This document shows positions 11,401-21,476 of a stretch of DNA of 64,000 nt, piece after piece (positions within the stretch are counted from its first letter, which is position 1; each line of letters starts with the position of its first letter). The notes under the pieces are model-generated. The model ran no database searches, was not told the DNA's origin, and saw only the letters and a program-made list of their open reading frames with translations. The stretch spans positions 395,081-459,080 of the forward strand of contig CALSRB010000002.1 of assembly GCA_943788655.1 (NCBI GenBank), read 5' to 3'. The position numbers and the translations under genes are program-made. This DNA is from Candidatus Poseidoniaceae archaeon. Its GTDB lineage: Archaea > Thermoplasmatota > Poseidoniia > Poseidoniales > Poseidoniaceae.

Positions 11401-11939
11401 CAACACCTGACCAAATGGACGATTCGACGCTCGAGGCACACGTCGTTAACCTTCAAGCAACCAAGGCATCAATTATTGGAAGCATTGCAGAATCCACTGG
11501 CGACACCACAGATCTCGAGGCAGACCTCGCTGAAGTGGAGGTAAGACTCGAGATCGCTTGTGCCGACCCACGTTCAGATTGCCCAACAGATACAGCGTCA
11601 GGAACGACCAACACAGACACATCTGAATCAATTCCAATGGAACTTGTCTTTGCTGGAATTGGCATCCTCATCGTTGCCCTTCTGATTGGCCTCATGTTCA
11701 CCCGTAGCGGCAACAACAACGAAGTCGAAGACTGGAGCGCTAGCATGGTGCCAGCGAATGACATGGTTGCAAATTCCATGTACGGTGGCGCCCAAGAAAT
11801 CTTCCAAGCCCCTGCACCGGTTGTTCAACAACAACAGTACGCTGGACCACCACTGCCAGCAACTGGATTACCCGCTGGATGGAGCATGGAACAATGGGCT
11901 TACTACGGACAGCAGTACCTTGACAACAACCAACTTTGA
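8496..11939 (+). CDS. Large membrane-anchored surface protein: CxxC thioredoxin/Omp28-like N-domain, CARDB/cadherin-like repeats, TM, Pro/Trp-rich tail
   Basis: Signal peptide, DNCGHC, NLGDLD..NN CARDB-like segment, D-P/D-E and NDAP cadherin-like repeats, TM, tail GPPLPATGLPAGWSMEQWAYYGQQYL. TATAAATA at 8466 supports ATG 8496. Confidence 0.75.
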   Translation: MKMQARLLALTIVTLFVGSVLVGFTADMNPLNTEKTLNEEPVIQQASSATSPGHVVFGQYISSDNCGHCSKTGGGSDAHHAVKQLHPDEYVYITYMSASYGDTDTARAGNVAPYNWAWSTGGAPDAYFGDRTDKNQGGASSNYDTYDSLFSSGGGMAATVNDYGMSASIGQTGGTYDIDISYKYTGSGSPASNMKLYAALVDKDCTGYTYSSGIPHGYNCWMAWLTDSDTYKSKSAGSGTSFASVAPTSTSQSVTWSSVPAAVVPGGLNKAVVIGVLMAGNQVSVGGTSAHVYHAIDSTMGPKMDLAPNGLSVTNPTGGTSYIIGDTVTLDTTINNLGDLDYSAGGNIEFFYKNGINEVSIDTKSLNAINTGGSQTASVNFDTSVLPTNGWKTTFGVRLTGLVDETQSANNVALSELDHDRPPLAKKAQVEGDNVIARGTQFNILAKGDADDNVDTIDSMSFNIEVSPTGANQWSSDIVSGGEMVMYPGSPSEGRAYLLSPSMNMASGWYDIRSQTVDSRGQTSDWIVTAGTDGFKLANGIPSIVAEPIPSVLCDTTTKFDLTGHVSDPETPLGSLVITSDSPSFVAWHPSTTELEVKFAWNEINGCPLGQQGMEIRVDDGGDYSEVGELPYGTLLFNVLENGQPRWEGLPTQTVEEGGSGIIDLLPFLSDTDDTGQPVNANTLTVSMISTSNDEIISFTLEGYALAFETIDNDVNGQSMVTLRASDGEQISEQTMIVQINPSNDAPRIDLDSMESIQLKRNEQMVVDLSTRISDIDDPAEEAFLTVDSTESGAARYNLLTGMLTLQFEQVGAQTVTLTIMDKYDTNTYQMIVNVYDALPLEISTVGDGTGHIFADLTDTYIGQTPTVKMTLTDTAPVFTYMMANWNVCNELTGTCDGLLTYELDVTQSATGWSNLLDMPSLVFEGQSAREDGSRDRDYYELEMTASDANGDDYKTLTKLKWTITESAPTPDQMDDSTLEAHVVNLQATKASIIGSIAESTGDTTDLEADLAEVEVRLEIACADPRSDCPTDTASGTTNTDTSESIPMELVFAGIGILIVALLIGLMFTRSGNNNEVEDWSASMVPANDMVANSMYGGAQEIFQAPAPVVQQQQYAGPPLPATGLPAGWSMEQWAYYGQQYLDNNQL

Positions 11940-12013
11940 GTTGGTGCTTTTGCACCATCTTGATACACGGTGAATTGTAAACCCATAAAGGGGAGTAGCG
12001 TGGAGGGTATAAC

Positions 12014-14092
12014 GTGACCGAAGAAATTGCTGAGGACGAAGCGCCTCTCACGGCCGCCGAGGATGGCGCTGATTCCACTGAGAACAGCCTACCTGTCGTT
12101 GATGAAACTGAAGTCACCGTGTGGGCCCCGGAGCCCTCTGCTGGTGGTGACGACATCATCGCTGATAGCGTTGAACAATGGATTCAATCCGTTAATTTCG
12201 AATCGACCGAGGATGTACCAATTCCCGATCGCCTCGTCGACCAAGTCATCGGGCAAGAAGCGGGCTCCATTGTCATCAGGAAGGCAGCAGAACAACGACG
12301 TCACATGTTGATGATTGGCGATCCCGGCACAGGAAAGTCGATGCTGGCGCGTTCCATGACCGACCTGCTTCCAAAAGACGCACTCGAAGATCTCCTCGTC
12401 TACCCAAACGAAGATGACGAGAATGAACCAAGGGTCCGCTCCGTTCCTGCAGGCCGAGGCGACCGCATTGTCAAGTTGCAAAAGGAATCAATGCGAACAC
12501 AGCGTGAACGCTCTCAAAAGATGCTCCTCATTGCCTTTGCAGCTGTTGGATTCCTCATCCTCATCGCAACCCTCCAGTCCGGTGACATCATCACCCTCTT
12601 GTTCGGAGGATTTTTGCTTATGTTCGGATACATGTTCATCCGTGGACGACTAAGTTCGGGCGATGAAAGCAGGATTCCAAAGGTCCTTGTCAAGCACGAA
12701 TCTTCAGAACTCCCCCCCTTCGTCGATGCGACCGCAACCCTCTCTGGCTCCCTCCTCGGTGATGTTCGTCACGATCCGTTCCAGTCTGGCGGCATGGAAA
12801 CCCCAGCACACGACCGAGTCGAACCAGGTGCAATCCACAGAGCGCACAAGGGTGTCCTCTACATCGACGAAGTGAACCTTCTCCGGCTTGAGGAACAACA
12901 GGCCCTGCTCACAGCAATGCAAGAACGTGCGTTCCCAATTTCCGGACGTTCAGAGCGATCTTCAGGAGCGCTCACAAAGACCGAGCCTGTACCGTGTGAC
13001 TTCATCCTCATCGCTGCGGGCAACCTCGATGCAATTCAAGGCATGCACCCTGCTCTACGAAGCAGAATTCGTGGCTATGGTTACGAAGTCTATGTCAACT
13101 CCGAAATGCCGGACACTGCACGGAACCGACGCCGACTTATCCGTTTCATCGCTCAAGAAGTGCGACGTGATATGGGAACCAGCCGTGAGATCCCACACTT
13201 CGAAAAGAGTGCCGTGGCGATTATCCTCCGAGAAGCGCAACGACGTGCTGGCCGCCGTGGAAAACTCTCGCTCCGACTCCGTGAACTCGGTGGCCTCGTG
13301 CGAATTGCTGGCGACCTTGCAATGGAAGAGGGCGCACCCCTCACCACTGCTGCGCATGTGCTTGGTGCACGAAACATCGCAAAGCCGCTCGAGCAACAAG
13401 TCGCCGACCGCATGATTGAACGACGTCTCGATTATGCGCTTGTCGTCAACTCTGGCGAACGCATTGGCCGAGTCAATGGCTTGGCTGTTCTCGGGGCGAA
13501 CTCCGGTCTCTCGGACTTTAGCGGAATCATGCTCCCAGTGGAGGCGCTTGTTACACCATCCCAAGGTGGCGGCGGTAAAATCCACGCCACTGGAGGGCTT
13601 TCTGACCTAGCAAAAGAGAGTGTTACCAACGTCAGCGCTGTCATCAAGAAATTAACTGGAAAGGACATTTCCGACTATGACATCCACATCCAGTTTGTCG
13701 ATACACATGGCGTGGATGGAGATTCTGCCTCGATTACGATCGCCACTGCGATCATTTCCGCCCTTGAAAGCATCCCGATTCGTCAAGATTTGGCAATGAC
13801 GGGATCGCTCTCCGTTCGTGGAGAGGTGTTGCCAATTGGCGGCGTCACAGCCAAGATTGAGGCAGCTGCACGCTCGGGCATCAAGACGGTCATCATCCCA
13901 CGAGCAAACGAACAAGATGTTCTCCTCGATACAAAGTACGAATCGATGATTGAGGTCATACCTGTCGACACATTGGATGAAGTGATGCAATGCGCCCTCA
14001 TCAAGCACGCAGAAAAGGCCGGACTTGTCGAGCGTCTTGGCGCCGTCATCGACCGACTCACGCCTGTCGGTGGCAGCCTTCCGTCGGCTTGA
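12014..14092 (+). CDS. lonB: Archaeal membrane-bound Lon protease (LonB)
   Basis: DQVIGQE, Walker A GDPGTGKS, two TM helices inside the AAA+ domain, YIDE, catalytic DGDSAS and [12 protein letters not shown]. Confidence 0.95.
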   Translation: MTEEIAEDEAPLTAAEDGADSTENSLPVVDETEVTVWAPEPSAGGDDIIADSVEQWIQSVNFESTEDVPIPDRLVDQVIGQEAGSIVIRKAAEQRRHMLMIGDPGTGKSMLARSMTDLLPKDALEDLLVYPNEDDENEPRVRSVPAGRGDRIVKLQKESMRTQRERSQKMLLIAFAAVGFLILIATLQSGDIITLLFGGFLLMFGYMFIRGRLSSGDESRIPKVLVKHESSELPPFVDATATLSGSLLGDVRHDPFQSGGMETPAHDRVEPGAIHRAHKGVLYIDEVNLLRLEEQQALLTAMQERAFPISGRSERSSGALTKTEPVPCDFILIAAGNLDAIQGMHPALRSRIRGYGYEVYVNSEMPDTARNRRRLIRFIAQEVRRDMGTSREIPHFEKSAVAIILREAQRRAGRRGKLSLRLRELGGLVRIAGDLAMEEGAPLTTAAHVLGARNIAKPLEQQVADRMIERRLDYALVVNSGERIGRVNGLAVLGANSGLSDFSGIMLPVEALVTPSQGGGGKIHATGGLSDLAKESVTNVSAVIKKLTGKDISDYDIHIQFVDTHGVDGDSASITIATAIISALESIPIRQDLAMTGSLSVRGEVLPIGGVTAKIEAAARSGIKTVIIPRANEQDVLLDTKYESMIEVIPVDTLDEVMQCALIKHAEKAGLVERLGAVIDRLTPVGGSLPSA

Positions 14093-14165
14093 GAGTCTCC
14101 AAAGGATGAACAAACACCAATAGCCCACCCGTTGGTTACAAGAAGCCCGCTCGATTCGCCAAACC

Positions 14166-15536
14166 ATGGACACCACAACCGATCAACCACTCCCGGTTGT
14201 CGACGCAAGCAAGGGTGCCCTTTTCGTCCTTTTTTTGGTGACCGTCATTGATATGATTGGGTTTGGGATTGTGATTCCTTTCCTCACCTACTTGGTTGAG
14301 GATCTTACGCCTGCAAGTCAAGAAGCAAGCATCGGTATTTGGGTTGGCGTGCTGATGACTTCATACTCGGCGGCTCAATTCCTCTTTTCGCCGTTTTGGG
14401 GGTCACTCTCTGATAAAATTGGCCGACGGCCAGTGCTCCTCATAGGACTGATTGGCAACACCGTCTTCTTCACAATGTTCGGACTTGCAAACACCCTATG
14501 GCTCGCCTTAGCAGCACGCTTCCTCGCTGGTGTGTTCAATGGCAACCTTGCGGTGGCACGGGCCTACATTGGAGATGTGAGCAGCCCTCAACAATTGGCG
14601 ACACGAATGGGCCTCATTGGTGCTGCGTTTGGACTTGGTTTCACGTTTGGACCGTTCATCGGGGGCGAACTATCTGATCCTGCAAGCCGATGGGCATCGT
14701 TCGAAGGGACGATTTTTGACAGCCACCCTTACTTGCTCCCCTGTGCAGTAGCAAGCCTCCTTTCTGTGCTTTCACTTCTTGTTGCCTTTCGAAGTTTGCC
14801 GGAATCACTCCCCCCGGAACGTCGCACAAGTGGCGAGAAGAAATCGAAAGAAGGTGGCATGCTCAAGACAATGCAAAGCACAAGCGAGATGCTCCGGTCA
14901 GGTAGCACCTCTGTAGTCATCTGGGTGACCATGCTGTTCATTTTTGGATTCACCATCATGCACGCTGTGTTTATCCTGTACACTCAGATGGTACCAGCAG
15001 ACGGTGGCCTTGCTTTCTCGGAAGCCGACAATGGCCGAGTCTTTGCGCTCATTGGTGTTTCAGGCATTGTAACGCAAGGGCTGCTGATTGGGCCGCTCAC
15101 AAGAAAATTTGGAACACGACGCTTGATCCCAATGGCAATTGTGATTACAGGGATTGGGCTTGTTCTCATCCCATACAGCCAATATGAGTCGAGATGGCTG
15201 CATGTGCTCATCGTCGGTGTCCTCGTATCCGTTGGCAACGGCTTGTTCACACCATCTTCCTCCTCGTTCCTCACACGAATTGCAAAATCAGAGGGGTACG
15301 AATTGGGTGTGGTGATGGGAGCGCAAGAATCAGTAAGTGCATTTTCAAGGATCATCGGACCACTTACTGGAGGTTTTGTTTGGGTGTTGACCTACTCGAG
15401 GGATTGGCCATTTGACTACCATACTGCTTTCCACATTTGTGGCATCCTCATGGTATTTGCTGCACTGTTGTCCCTGAAACTCCCACCGCTTCCAGAGGAA
15501 CAAGAAGTCTTGGAACACACCGTAGAAGGTGAATGA
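14166..15536 (+). CDS. MFS transporter, TetA/DHA1-like
   Basis: Motif A GSLSDKIGRRPVL, motif C GFTFGPFIGG, about 12 hydrophobic segments. Confidence 0.9.
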   Translation: MDTTTDQPLPVVDASKGALFVLFLVTVIDMIGFGIVIPFLTYLVEDLTPASQEASIGIWVGVLMTSYSAAQFLFSPFWGSLSDKIGRRPVLLIGLIGNTVFFTMFGLANTLWLALAARFLAGVFNGNLAVARAYIGDVSSPQQLATRMGLIGAAFGLGFTFGPFIGGELSDPASRWASFEGTIFDSHPYLLPCAVASLLSVLSLLVAFRSLPESLPPERRTSGEKKSKEGGMLKTMQSTSEMLRSGSTSVVIWVTMLFIFGFTIMHAVFILYTQMVPADGGLAFSEADNGRVFALIGVSGIVTQGLLIGPLTRKFGTRRLIPMAIVITGIGLVLIPYSQYESRWLHVLIVGVLVSVGNGLFTPSSSSFLTRIAKSEGYELGVVMGAQESVSAFSRIIGPLTGGFVWVLTYSRDWPFDYHTAFHICGILMVFAALLSLKLPPLPEEQEVLEHTVEGE

Positions 15537-15576
15537 ACTGGACTATCTTCAAGAGGGGCATTCTCAACCATGACCT

Positions 15577-16998
15577 ATGCAGCACGCAACAACGGCTTGG
15601 GATTCAGGCCGTTTTAATCGAAGGGTCACAACCTTTGCACATGCAATGATCATCATCAGTTTGGCCGTTGTTTGGTTGATTCTGCTGAAGGGAGTCTTGC
15701 AACCTTTCTTCATTGCACTTGGCCTGTACTTCGTCCTTAAACCAGGTTCCGACTACCTCTCTACAAATGGATTTCCCGTGATTCTGTCCTACCTCACAAT
15801 GGTCCTTCTAACATTGCTCGTAGTGTCTTCAGCGGCCTTCTTTGCGTATCAACAAGCAGCAGATGTCCTTGAGGACGAGGCGAAGATGGATGAATACAAC
15901 ATCCTCCTCGAAGAACGCTGGCACGATTTGAAGACGGGGACGGCGTTGTCTGCAGCATTCGATGATGATAATGCCCTTAACAACACGCTTGTCGAAGATT
16001 TAGCAGAATGGGGGGTTCTTGAAAACGATGAAGAAATTTCAGATGCGGCAGTTGGCATGCTTGCAGGTGTGGGTTCAATGCTCACAACGAGCATCACAGT
16101 GATGTTTTTCCTCATTTTCATCATCTTTGAGGCTAGCTTGCTACCGGGCCGAATTGAGCGTGCTTGGCCGGGTGGAGCCAGTGAGAAAGTCCAGATTGTT
16201 CGAAGCAAGATCGAAGCCAGCGTCAACACCTACATTGTCGTGAAGACGGGTGTAGGGCTTGGAACAGCCGTTTGTGCGGGAATCATCATGCTTGTCTTTG
16301 GCATTGAATTGTGGTTCACATGGGCGTTGTTGACCTTCTTGCTGAATTATGTGCCATACATCGGTTCGTTAATCGCGACGCTACCACCGATTATCCTTGG
16401 ACTCATTCTGCTTGAACCGGCGAGCCTCGCACTCCTGATCCTGTTGCTGCTCACCAACCAACAGGTGTGGGGGCAAATAATTGAGACACGATGGGCTGGA
16501 AGAGCCCTTGACCTCTCCCCTGTCGTCTTGTTGCTTGTGACAGCAATCTCATTTGCAGGATGGGGGATTCTCGGGATGATTCTCGCCGTGCCATTTGCGG
16601 TGATCATCAAGATTGTCTTGGAGAACATCGAAGCAACACGCCCAATTTCCATCTTGCTTTCAGAACGGGCACCATCGATTGATGAAGCATGGAACGAGGC
16701 TATGAAAGATGGAAAATTATCCTCCTTCGAAACGCAGTCCCTCGGGCAATTGCAAGAAGTTCTTGGCTATTCAAACCGAGAAGTTAAACTCATTTCGGGC
16801 CGAATTGCAGTCGAACGAGTGCTCCGAAAGAACAAGATTACAGATGACCAATTGGACCTCATAGCAGGCGTGGCAGATGAACTACGCCACCACCAAGATT
16901 TAGCAGCCGAAGTGACTTCATCCCTGCATCAAGGAAAGATTCCTAAGGAAGTTCGCCCCTTGCTCAAGCAGTTCCTTACTGCAATCGAAGAAGAGTAA
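15577..16998 (+). CDS. AI-2E family transporter
   Basis: QPFFIAL, FLLNYVPYIGS, LDLSP and WGILGMILAVP motifs. Confidence 0.85.
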   Translation: MQHATTAWDSGRFNRRVTTFAHAMIIISLAVVWLILLKGVLQPFFIALGLYFVLKPGSDYLSTNGFPVILSYLTMVLLTLLVVSSAAFFAYQQAADVLEDEAKMDEYNILLEERWHDLKTGTALSAAFDDDNALNNTLVEDLAEWGVLENDEEISDAAVGMLAGVGSMLTTSITVMFFLIFIIFEASLLPGRIERAWPGGASEKVQIVRSKIEASVNTYIVVKTGVGLGTAVCAGIIMLVFGIELWFTWALLTFLLNYVPYIGSLIATLPPIILGLILLEPASLALLILLLLTNQQVWGQIIETRWAGRALDLSPVVLLLVTAISFAGWGILGMILAVPFAVIIKIVLENIEATRPISILLSERAPSIDEAWNEAMKDGKLSSFETQSLGQLQEVLGYSNREVKLISGRIAVERVLRKNKITDDQLDLIAGVADELRHHQDLAAEVTSSLHQGKIPKEVRPLLKQFLTAIEEE

Positions 16999-17265
16999 TC
17001 ACAGAACTTCAGTGAGGATCTTCTCAAGTTCAGTGTTAATCATGAGAATGAGCGTTCCAAATTCAGGTGGAATGTTCGGGTCCTCGTACAACTCTTCGAG
17101 CTTGGATTGGGCCATTGCAATACGTACATCGAGTTTTTTGCCTTTGTTGAGCAACCAGTTATCACACGCTTCTTTTGCTTGACGGCGAATGTTTCGGGGA
17201 ACTTTGGGGTCATCAATTTGATTGATGACTGTAGCAACTTGTTGAAGACGTGTTTCGATATCCAT
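16999..17265 (-). CDS. UPF0147 family archaeal protein
   Basis: IDDPKVPRNIRRQA and DPNIP motifs. Confidence 0.85.
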   Translation of the reverse strand: MDIETRLQQVATVINQIDDPKVPRNIRRQAKEACDNWLLNKGKKLDVRIAMAQSKLEELYEDPNIPPEFGTLILMINTELEKILTEVL

Positions 17266-17340
17266 GTTTACAGCCCCTTTGGTCGATACCTACCGCTGTG
17301 TGTAGGCCGTCTTTAAGTTGATTGCCGCCACCCGCACGCC

Positions 17341-18339
17341 ATGGACTTCACCGAAAACGATCTTTTGGGCTGGTCCCGAATCTTCGCACTTGTCCTTGGG
17401 ATGGGATGGGCTGCGTGGATGGACCACAAAGAGCGAAGGGTTAGCAATGACCATTGGCTTGTATGGATCAAACCTGCTCTGTTTCTTTGGGCCCTGGACT
17501 TGATGAACCAAGGGGCTGACTGGACCATCTACCTCACCGCCTCCGCCGTGGTTGCCTATGCAAGCGGTGCTGTCCTCGGGCGACCGTCATTGAGCGACCT
17601 TCGAAGTGGGTCACGTCTGGACGGTGTCGTCCTCTTGTGGTACACCATCAGCAGCGTCGGCTTGGTGGCTGGGGCCTTTGCTTACCAATCCACACAGCCA
17701 TTGGATGTGCTTCTTGGTAACGACACCAGTTTGGGAGCGCTTTGGTGGAAGACGCTGAGCGTTTTATTCGTCATCGTGATTATTGACGGAGCGTGGCGAT
17801 TGCGCTTGTTGCACGGTGGAGCAGATGCAAAGGCCCTGATGTGGGTGGCGTTGTTATTCCCAAACTGGGCGACCATGCCCTTGCTCCTGTCGAATGCAAC
17901 CATGGATGCAACGGTAGCGCTCCCACCGAGTTTTGCGTTGCTCATGTGGGGTGGATTGAGTTTCCTGATCATACCGATTGTCTTGCTGGTGAAGAACATC
18001 ATAGCAGGAAACATCGCTTCGTTTGGAGATTTGAGGCTGGCTTGGCACGCCTCACGAATTGAGCGAACTGAAGTCCTCAACAGGCATGTTTGGCTCTTGA
18101 CCACATTGATCGAAATGCCGGATGGGACAACTGGTCAACACCATCGAACCCGTGCACCCAGAACAACGCCCTCCCGCAAGGAATTGGAGGCATCTGTTGC
18201 AGCGCTCGAAGAAGCAGGTGTCGACCAAGTATGGGTCAGTTCCAAATTGCCACTGTTGGTGTTTCTATTCCCAGCGATTGCACCGCTTGTGCTGTTGGGG
18301 GATCCGATGGCATTGTTGATGCCGATGCTTGGATTGTAA
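17341..18339 (+). CDS. A24 family prepilin/prearchaellin peptidase (FlaK/PibD-like)
   Basis: Polytopic membrane protein with D-x-K-E-R-R-V and GGADAK aspartate motifs; C-terminal VWVSSKLPLLVFL. Confidence 0.85.
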   Translation: MDFTENDLLGWSRIFALVLGMGWAAWMDHKERRVSNDHWLVWIKPALFLWALDLMNQGADWTIYLTASAVVAYASGAVLGRPSLSDLRSGSRLDGVVLLWYTISSVGLVAGAFAYQSTQPLDVLLGNDTSLGALWWKTLSVLFVIVIIDGAWRLRLLHGGADAKALMWVALLFPNWATMPLLLSNATMDATVALPPSFALLMWGGLSFLIIPIVLLVKNIIAGNIASFGDLRLAWHASRIERTEVLNRHVWLLTTLIEMPDGTTGQHHRTRAPRTTPSRKELEASVAALEEAGVDQVWVSSKLPLLVFLFPAIAPLVLLGDPMALLMPMLGL

Positions 18340-18356
18340 GCAAAAATTGCTGAACA

Positions 18357-18506
18357 TCATGCGCCCTTGCGCTCGATGTTCTTAGCTCGTAGACCCTTAT
18401 AGCCGCACTTTCGGCAACGTGCTGCACGAACTGCGTTGCGTGCGTTGCAGCGCATGCAAATCTTGCGGTGGAGCAAGCGTGCTTCAGCTTCGGGGAATCG
18501 TGCCAT
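18357..18506 (-). CDS. rpl40e: 50S ribosomal protein L40e
   Basis: Below the ORF-track cutoff. Manual translation: [49 protein letters not shown]. Confidence 0.95.
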   Translation of the reverse strand: MARFPEAEARLLHRKICMRCNARNAVRAARCRKCGYKGLRAKNIERKGA

Positions 18507-18642
18507 GACCAAGCGACAAACTCCCCCTATTTAATCACAACCGAGCAGGACAATGTGGGTCTGTGCACCATTTCCATAGGATTCAAATCTTACCAACCTG
18601 ATGCAAAGCAGTGTTGAAAGCCCACGGCCCACTGGGCAAAGC

Positions 18643-19407
18643 ATGCGTGTGATGCGACTACCTGGCATTCACCACGACTCAAATGTCGTCGTGGTCACTG
18701 GCTCTGCAGGTTCGCTGCTGATCAACGCTGGAACCTCTTGGTATCAGTCGCTTCAAGTCGAGCGAGTCAAAGGCCTGCTGGGCGACGAAGTGATGCTCGA
18801 CCGAATCCTCCTCACGAGCAAGCGTTACCCATGTTCAGGGGGGGCCAAACACCTTTCCGAGATGTTTGAAAATTGCCCAGTTCATGTGCATGAAGAAGGG
18901 CAAGCTGCACTTGAAACTGGTGACTTTTTCTCGACATGGGCAAATCGATTTGACTCTGACATGCCCCCGATTGGTGCCGAGCCATGTGCGAGTGGTGAAG
19001 TGTTTGCATTGGGTGATGGCGAAGTCGAGGCAATTCATCTACCGGGTTGCTCTGCCGACGAAATTGGGTATTGGATTAAAGATCAGTCAATGATGGTTCT
19101 TGGATGCACCCTTCCAAGAGCAGACCGGCCCGCTCGGTGGGATTTGCCAGGCGGCTGCTTACCAGATTTGATTGAAAGTTTAGAACGGATCCAAAAGCGA
19201 AAACCATCGGCCATTGTACCGATGCAAGGACCAGCAATCAAAGGAAAAAAGCATGTCCAAGAGGTCCTTGACCAGCACCTCAAGTTCCTCCGTGGATGCC
19301 TTGAGAGGGAGGGGGCAATCCCAAAGTCGTGGGGGCGGCCCGCACAAACCGCCATGTGGCATACGTCCCATCCGCCATGGCCGTTAAATGAAAAAGAAGC
19401 AGTCTAG
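18643..19407 (+). CDS. Metallo-beta-lactamase-fold protein lacking metal ligands
   Basis: MBL scaffold (DSNV.., LLINAG, RWDLPGG) but HxHxDH is replaced by SKRYPC. Start at ATG 18643, with TTGAAA 29 nt upstream. Confidence 0.7.
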   Translation: MRVMRLPGIHHDSNVVVVTGSAGSLLINAGTSWYQSLQVERVKGLLGDEVMLDRILLTSKRYPCSGGAKHLSEMFENCPVHVHEEGQAALETGDFFSTWANRFDSDMPPIGAEPCASGEVFALGDGEVEAIHLPGCSADEIGYWIKDQSMMVLGCTLPRADRPARWDLPGGCLPDLIESLERIQKRKPSAIVPMQGPAIKGKKHVQEVLDQHLKFLRGCLEREGAIPKSWGRPAQTAMWHTSHPPWPLNEKEAV

Positions 19408-20051
19408 GCAACAACTGGAAGATCAAGCATCAATGGTTGAGGTGCATCACCGCTTCGCTGCTGGGATTCTAGAATTTTGGCCCGTCGATTTACTCGTTGC
19501 TGCGCTTTTTCAGCAAACGGTTGTGTTCCATCGATGTTCATCGTTTGTGCACCGTCCATCGAGTAAGTCGCTCGGTGCCACCCACTCTGGATGTGGATGA
19601 TGTTGTTATGCAAGCGAAGGCTCGAAACCGGTCCGTCATATGTGAACAACTTCACGCCTCGACTTGGGACATTTGGCCCGACCATCCACACTTGACCTGC
19701 TTGGGTTGCCACAAGAAAGGAGGTCTCACTTGGAGATGCACTGCACATCGATCGAACAACGCCCCCTTCGACCGTAAATTTGTCAACCAAGTCCAAGAGC
19801 GGTAAGGTGAGGAACGTTACGCCACCTTGGGCATCGCCAATGATGGCGGTCTCGATGCGATTTGAAGGACCTTTGACAACCAACATGACTGTGGCGATAG
19901 CGTCTAATTTTATCCTTCGATTGATTCCTTTGTGGGGGCGCCATTGCACCAGGCCATCATCCATGGCAACAAGGCATCCATCTGGGGTCACGAGGCTTCG
20001 GACAACAACTCGGTTGTTCATACAACAGAAAGCAGAGCCGGGGGTACACAT
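19404..20051 (-). CDS. Hypothetical protein, beta-propeller-like repeats
   Basis: Repeated beta strands (IIGDAQGGV, LVATQAGQV, GPVSSL). Start uncertain. Confidence 0.55.
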   Translation of the reverse strand: MCTPGSAFCCMNNRVVVRSLVTPDGCLVAMDDGLVQWRPHKGINRRIKLDAIATVMLVVKGPSNRIETAIIGDAQGGVTFLTLPLLDLVDKFTVEGGVVRSMCSASPSETSFLVATQAGQVWMVGPNVPSRGVKLFTYDGPVSSLRLHNNIIHIQSGWHRATYSMDGAQTMNIDGTQPFAEKAQQRVNRRAKILESQQRSGDAPQPLMLDLPVVA

Positions 20052-20088
20052 TCATTTCCGAGACCCCTCGGATAAAACTGAAAGTGAA

Positions 20089-20367
20089 TCAGTAGGAATC
20101 TTCAGACTTACTGTCTTTCTTCCACTTGCGATAGCAAGACTTGCAGACACGGACTCGGCCTTTGCGTTGGGTGTAACCGCTCTCGCCCCACACATCGATC
20201 GCATTGTCGATGGAGAGGGAGCGTCCGCCGAAGGATTTGTCAGCGAAATTGTCACAGGTGTTGACACCACATGGAATCTCGCCTTCTTTTTTCGTTTTCT
20301 TACTGGTCGACTCGTTGGTTTCACCAGCGTCTGCCTTGTGCTTGCGTGCCTTTGCTTTGAAGCCCAT
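20089..20367 (-). CDS. Small basic Zn-finger-like hypothetical protein
   Basis: CGVNTC...CKSC, Lys-rich; start at MGFKAKARK. Confidence 0.65.
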   Translation of the reverse strand: MGFKAKARKHKADAGETNESTSKKTKKEGEIPCGVNTCDNFADKSFGGRSLSIDNAIDVWGESGYTQRKGRVRVCKSCYRKWKKDSKSEDSY

Positions 20368-20418
20368 GGGCCGAAGGACCTGTGCCCGATTCAAGAAGGT
20401 TACCACGGAAGTGGTGCT

Positions 20419-21432
20419 TCACTGTTCTGATACGTACCCGAGTTGGCTGAGCAAACCATCGATGAGACGGAGCAATCCACGGAGGGTTACTTCGGACACA
20501 TTGGCGACGCCACAGACTTCAGATTGAGTGCGTGGGGAACCGGATTCTGAGGATGCCTTGTAGATCAGCGCTGCTGCAACGCCCATTGGTTTCTTTCCTT
20601 GCCAAATATCTTCATGAGGTTGGATGGCATTCCACAAGTGGCCCACTTGGATGTGGGTGTTTGGCGGGAGTTGCAAATCAGAGATGAACTTGTCAAAATA
20701 CTGGTCTGGGGAGGAAATCTTGTGAAGATTGAGCCTGCGAGAAACTTGACGAATCAATCGTGACAATTCCTTTTCGGTTACGTCGAACGACCGAGCAATG
20801 TCAGGAATTTGCCTCGGGAGGTTCTCCTGGCGTGCCACCAAGTAAGCGCATGCTGCGGTTACGCCCGCAATTGAGCGGCCTGTGACGAAGCCTTCGCCGG
20901 ACAATCGACGATAGAGGCGAGCTGCTTCTTCTTGCAAGGGCTTTGGAAGTCCTGAGTTGTCTCGAATGAATTGGTTTGCCCTGACGAGGTTGCGCTCGCG
21001 ACTCTTCCGTGTTTTGGAACGTTCGTCGATCACTCGACGGCGACGCCACTCACGGCGTGCTTGGGAGGAGATCCCGTGACGGCCAGCAGACCCGGTGTTG
21101 AGGTCGCGGACATCAATGGTAGTGTTGAGGCCCTTGTCTGCGAGGGTGTAGGTGAGCGGTTGGCCGACTCGAGAGCGGTCTTGGCTACGGTCACGGTTTG
21201 TCCATTCTGCTCCGGGATCGATTACGTTCTCTTCAACGACGAGACCGCAGGAGTTGCATGTGATTTCACCTCGGCTGTCATCCATCTGCCAGTCAACGAC
21301 GCCGCACTCTTCGCATGGCCTTGTGTGACCCTCGAGCGTTCGTCTGATTTGATGGCTGCTGTCTGCTGCCCCCTGGGAGGTCCGTGAGGTCGTGTTCATG
21401 CTGCCGTTCTGCGCTTGTGTGTTTTGCTTCAT
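20419..21432 (-). CDS. tfb: Transcription initiation factor IIB
   Basis: Zn ribbon CEEC..CNSCG, IDPGAEW, SRVG B-reader, GRSIAG, GKKPMG, VSEVTLR. Confidence 0.95.
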   Translation of the reverse strand: MKQNTQAQNGSMNTTSRTSQGAADSSHQIRRTLEGHTRPCEECGVVDWQMDDSRGEITCNSCGLVVEENVIDPGAEWTNRDRSQDRSRVGQPLTYTLADKGLNTTIDVRDLNTGSAGRHGISSQARREWRRRRVIDERSKTRKSRERNLVRANQFIRDNSGLPKPLQEEAARLYRRLSGEGFVTGRSIAGVTAACAYLVARQENLPRQIPDIARSFDVTEKELSRLIRQVSRRLNLHKISSPDQYFDKFISDLQLPPNTHIQVGHLWNAIQPHEDIWQGKKPMGVAAALIYKASSESGSPRTQSEVCGVANVSEVTLRGLLRLIDGLLSQLGYVSEQ

Positions 21433-21468
21433 CTTCTCAACTCCTTGTTCAGTAGTTGAGAACCTTTC

Positions 21469-21476
21469 TATTTAAA
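21469..21476 (-). promoter_or_regulatory. TATA box of tfb (TTTAAATA)
   Basis: Canonical TATA upstream of a GGAG SD and ATG 21432. A 9-bp inverted repeat lies at 21434-21462. Confidence 0.65.
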
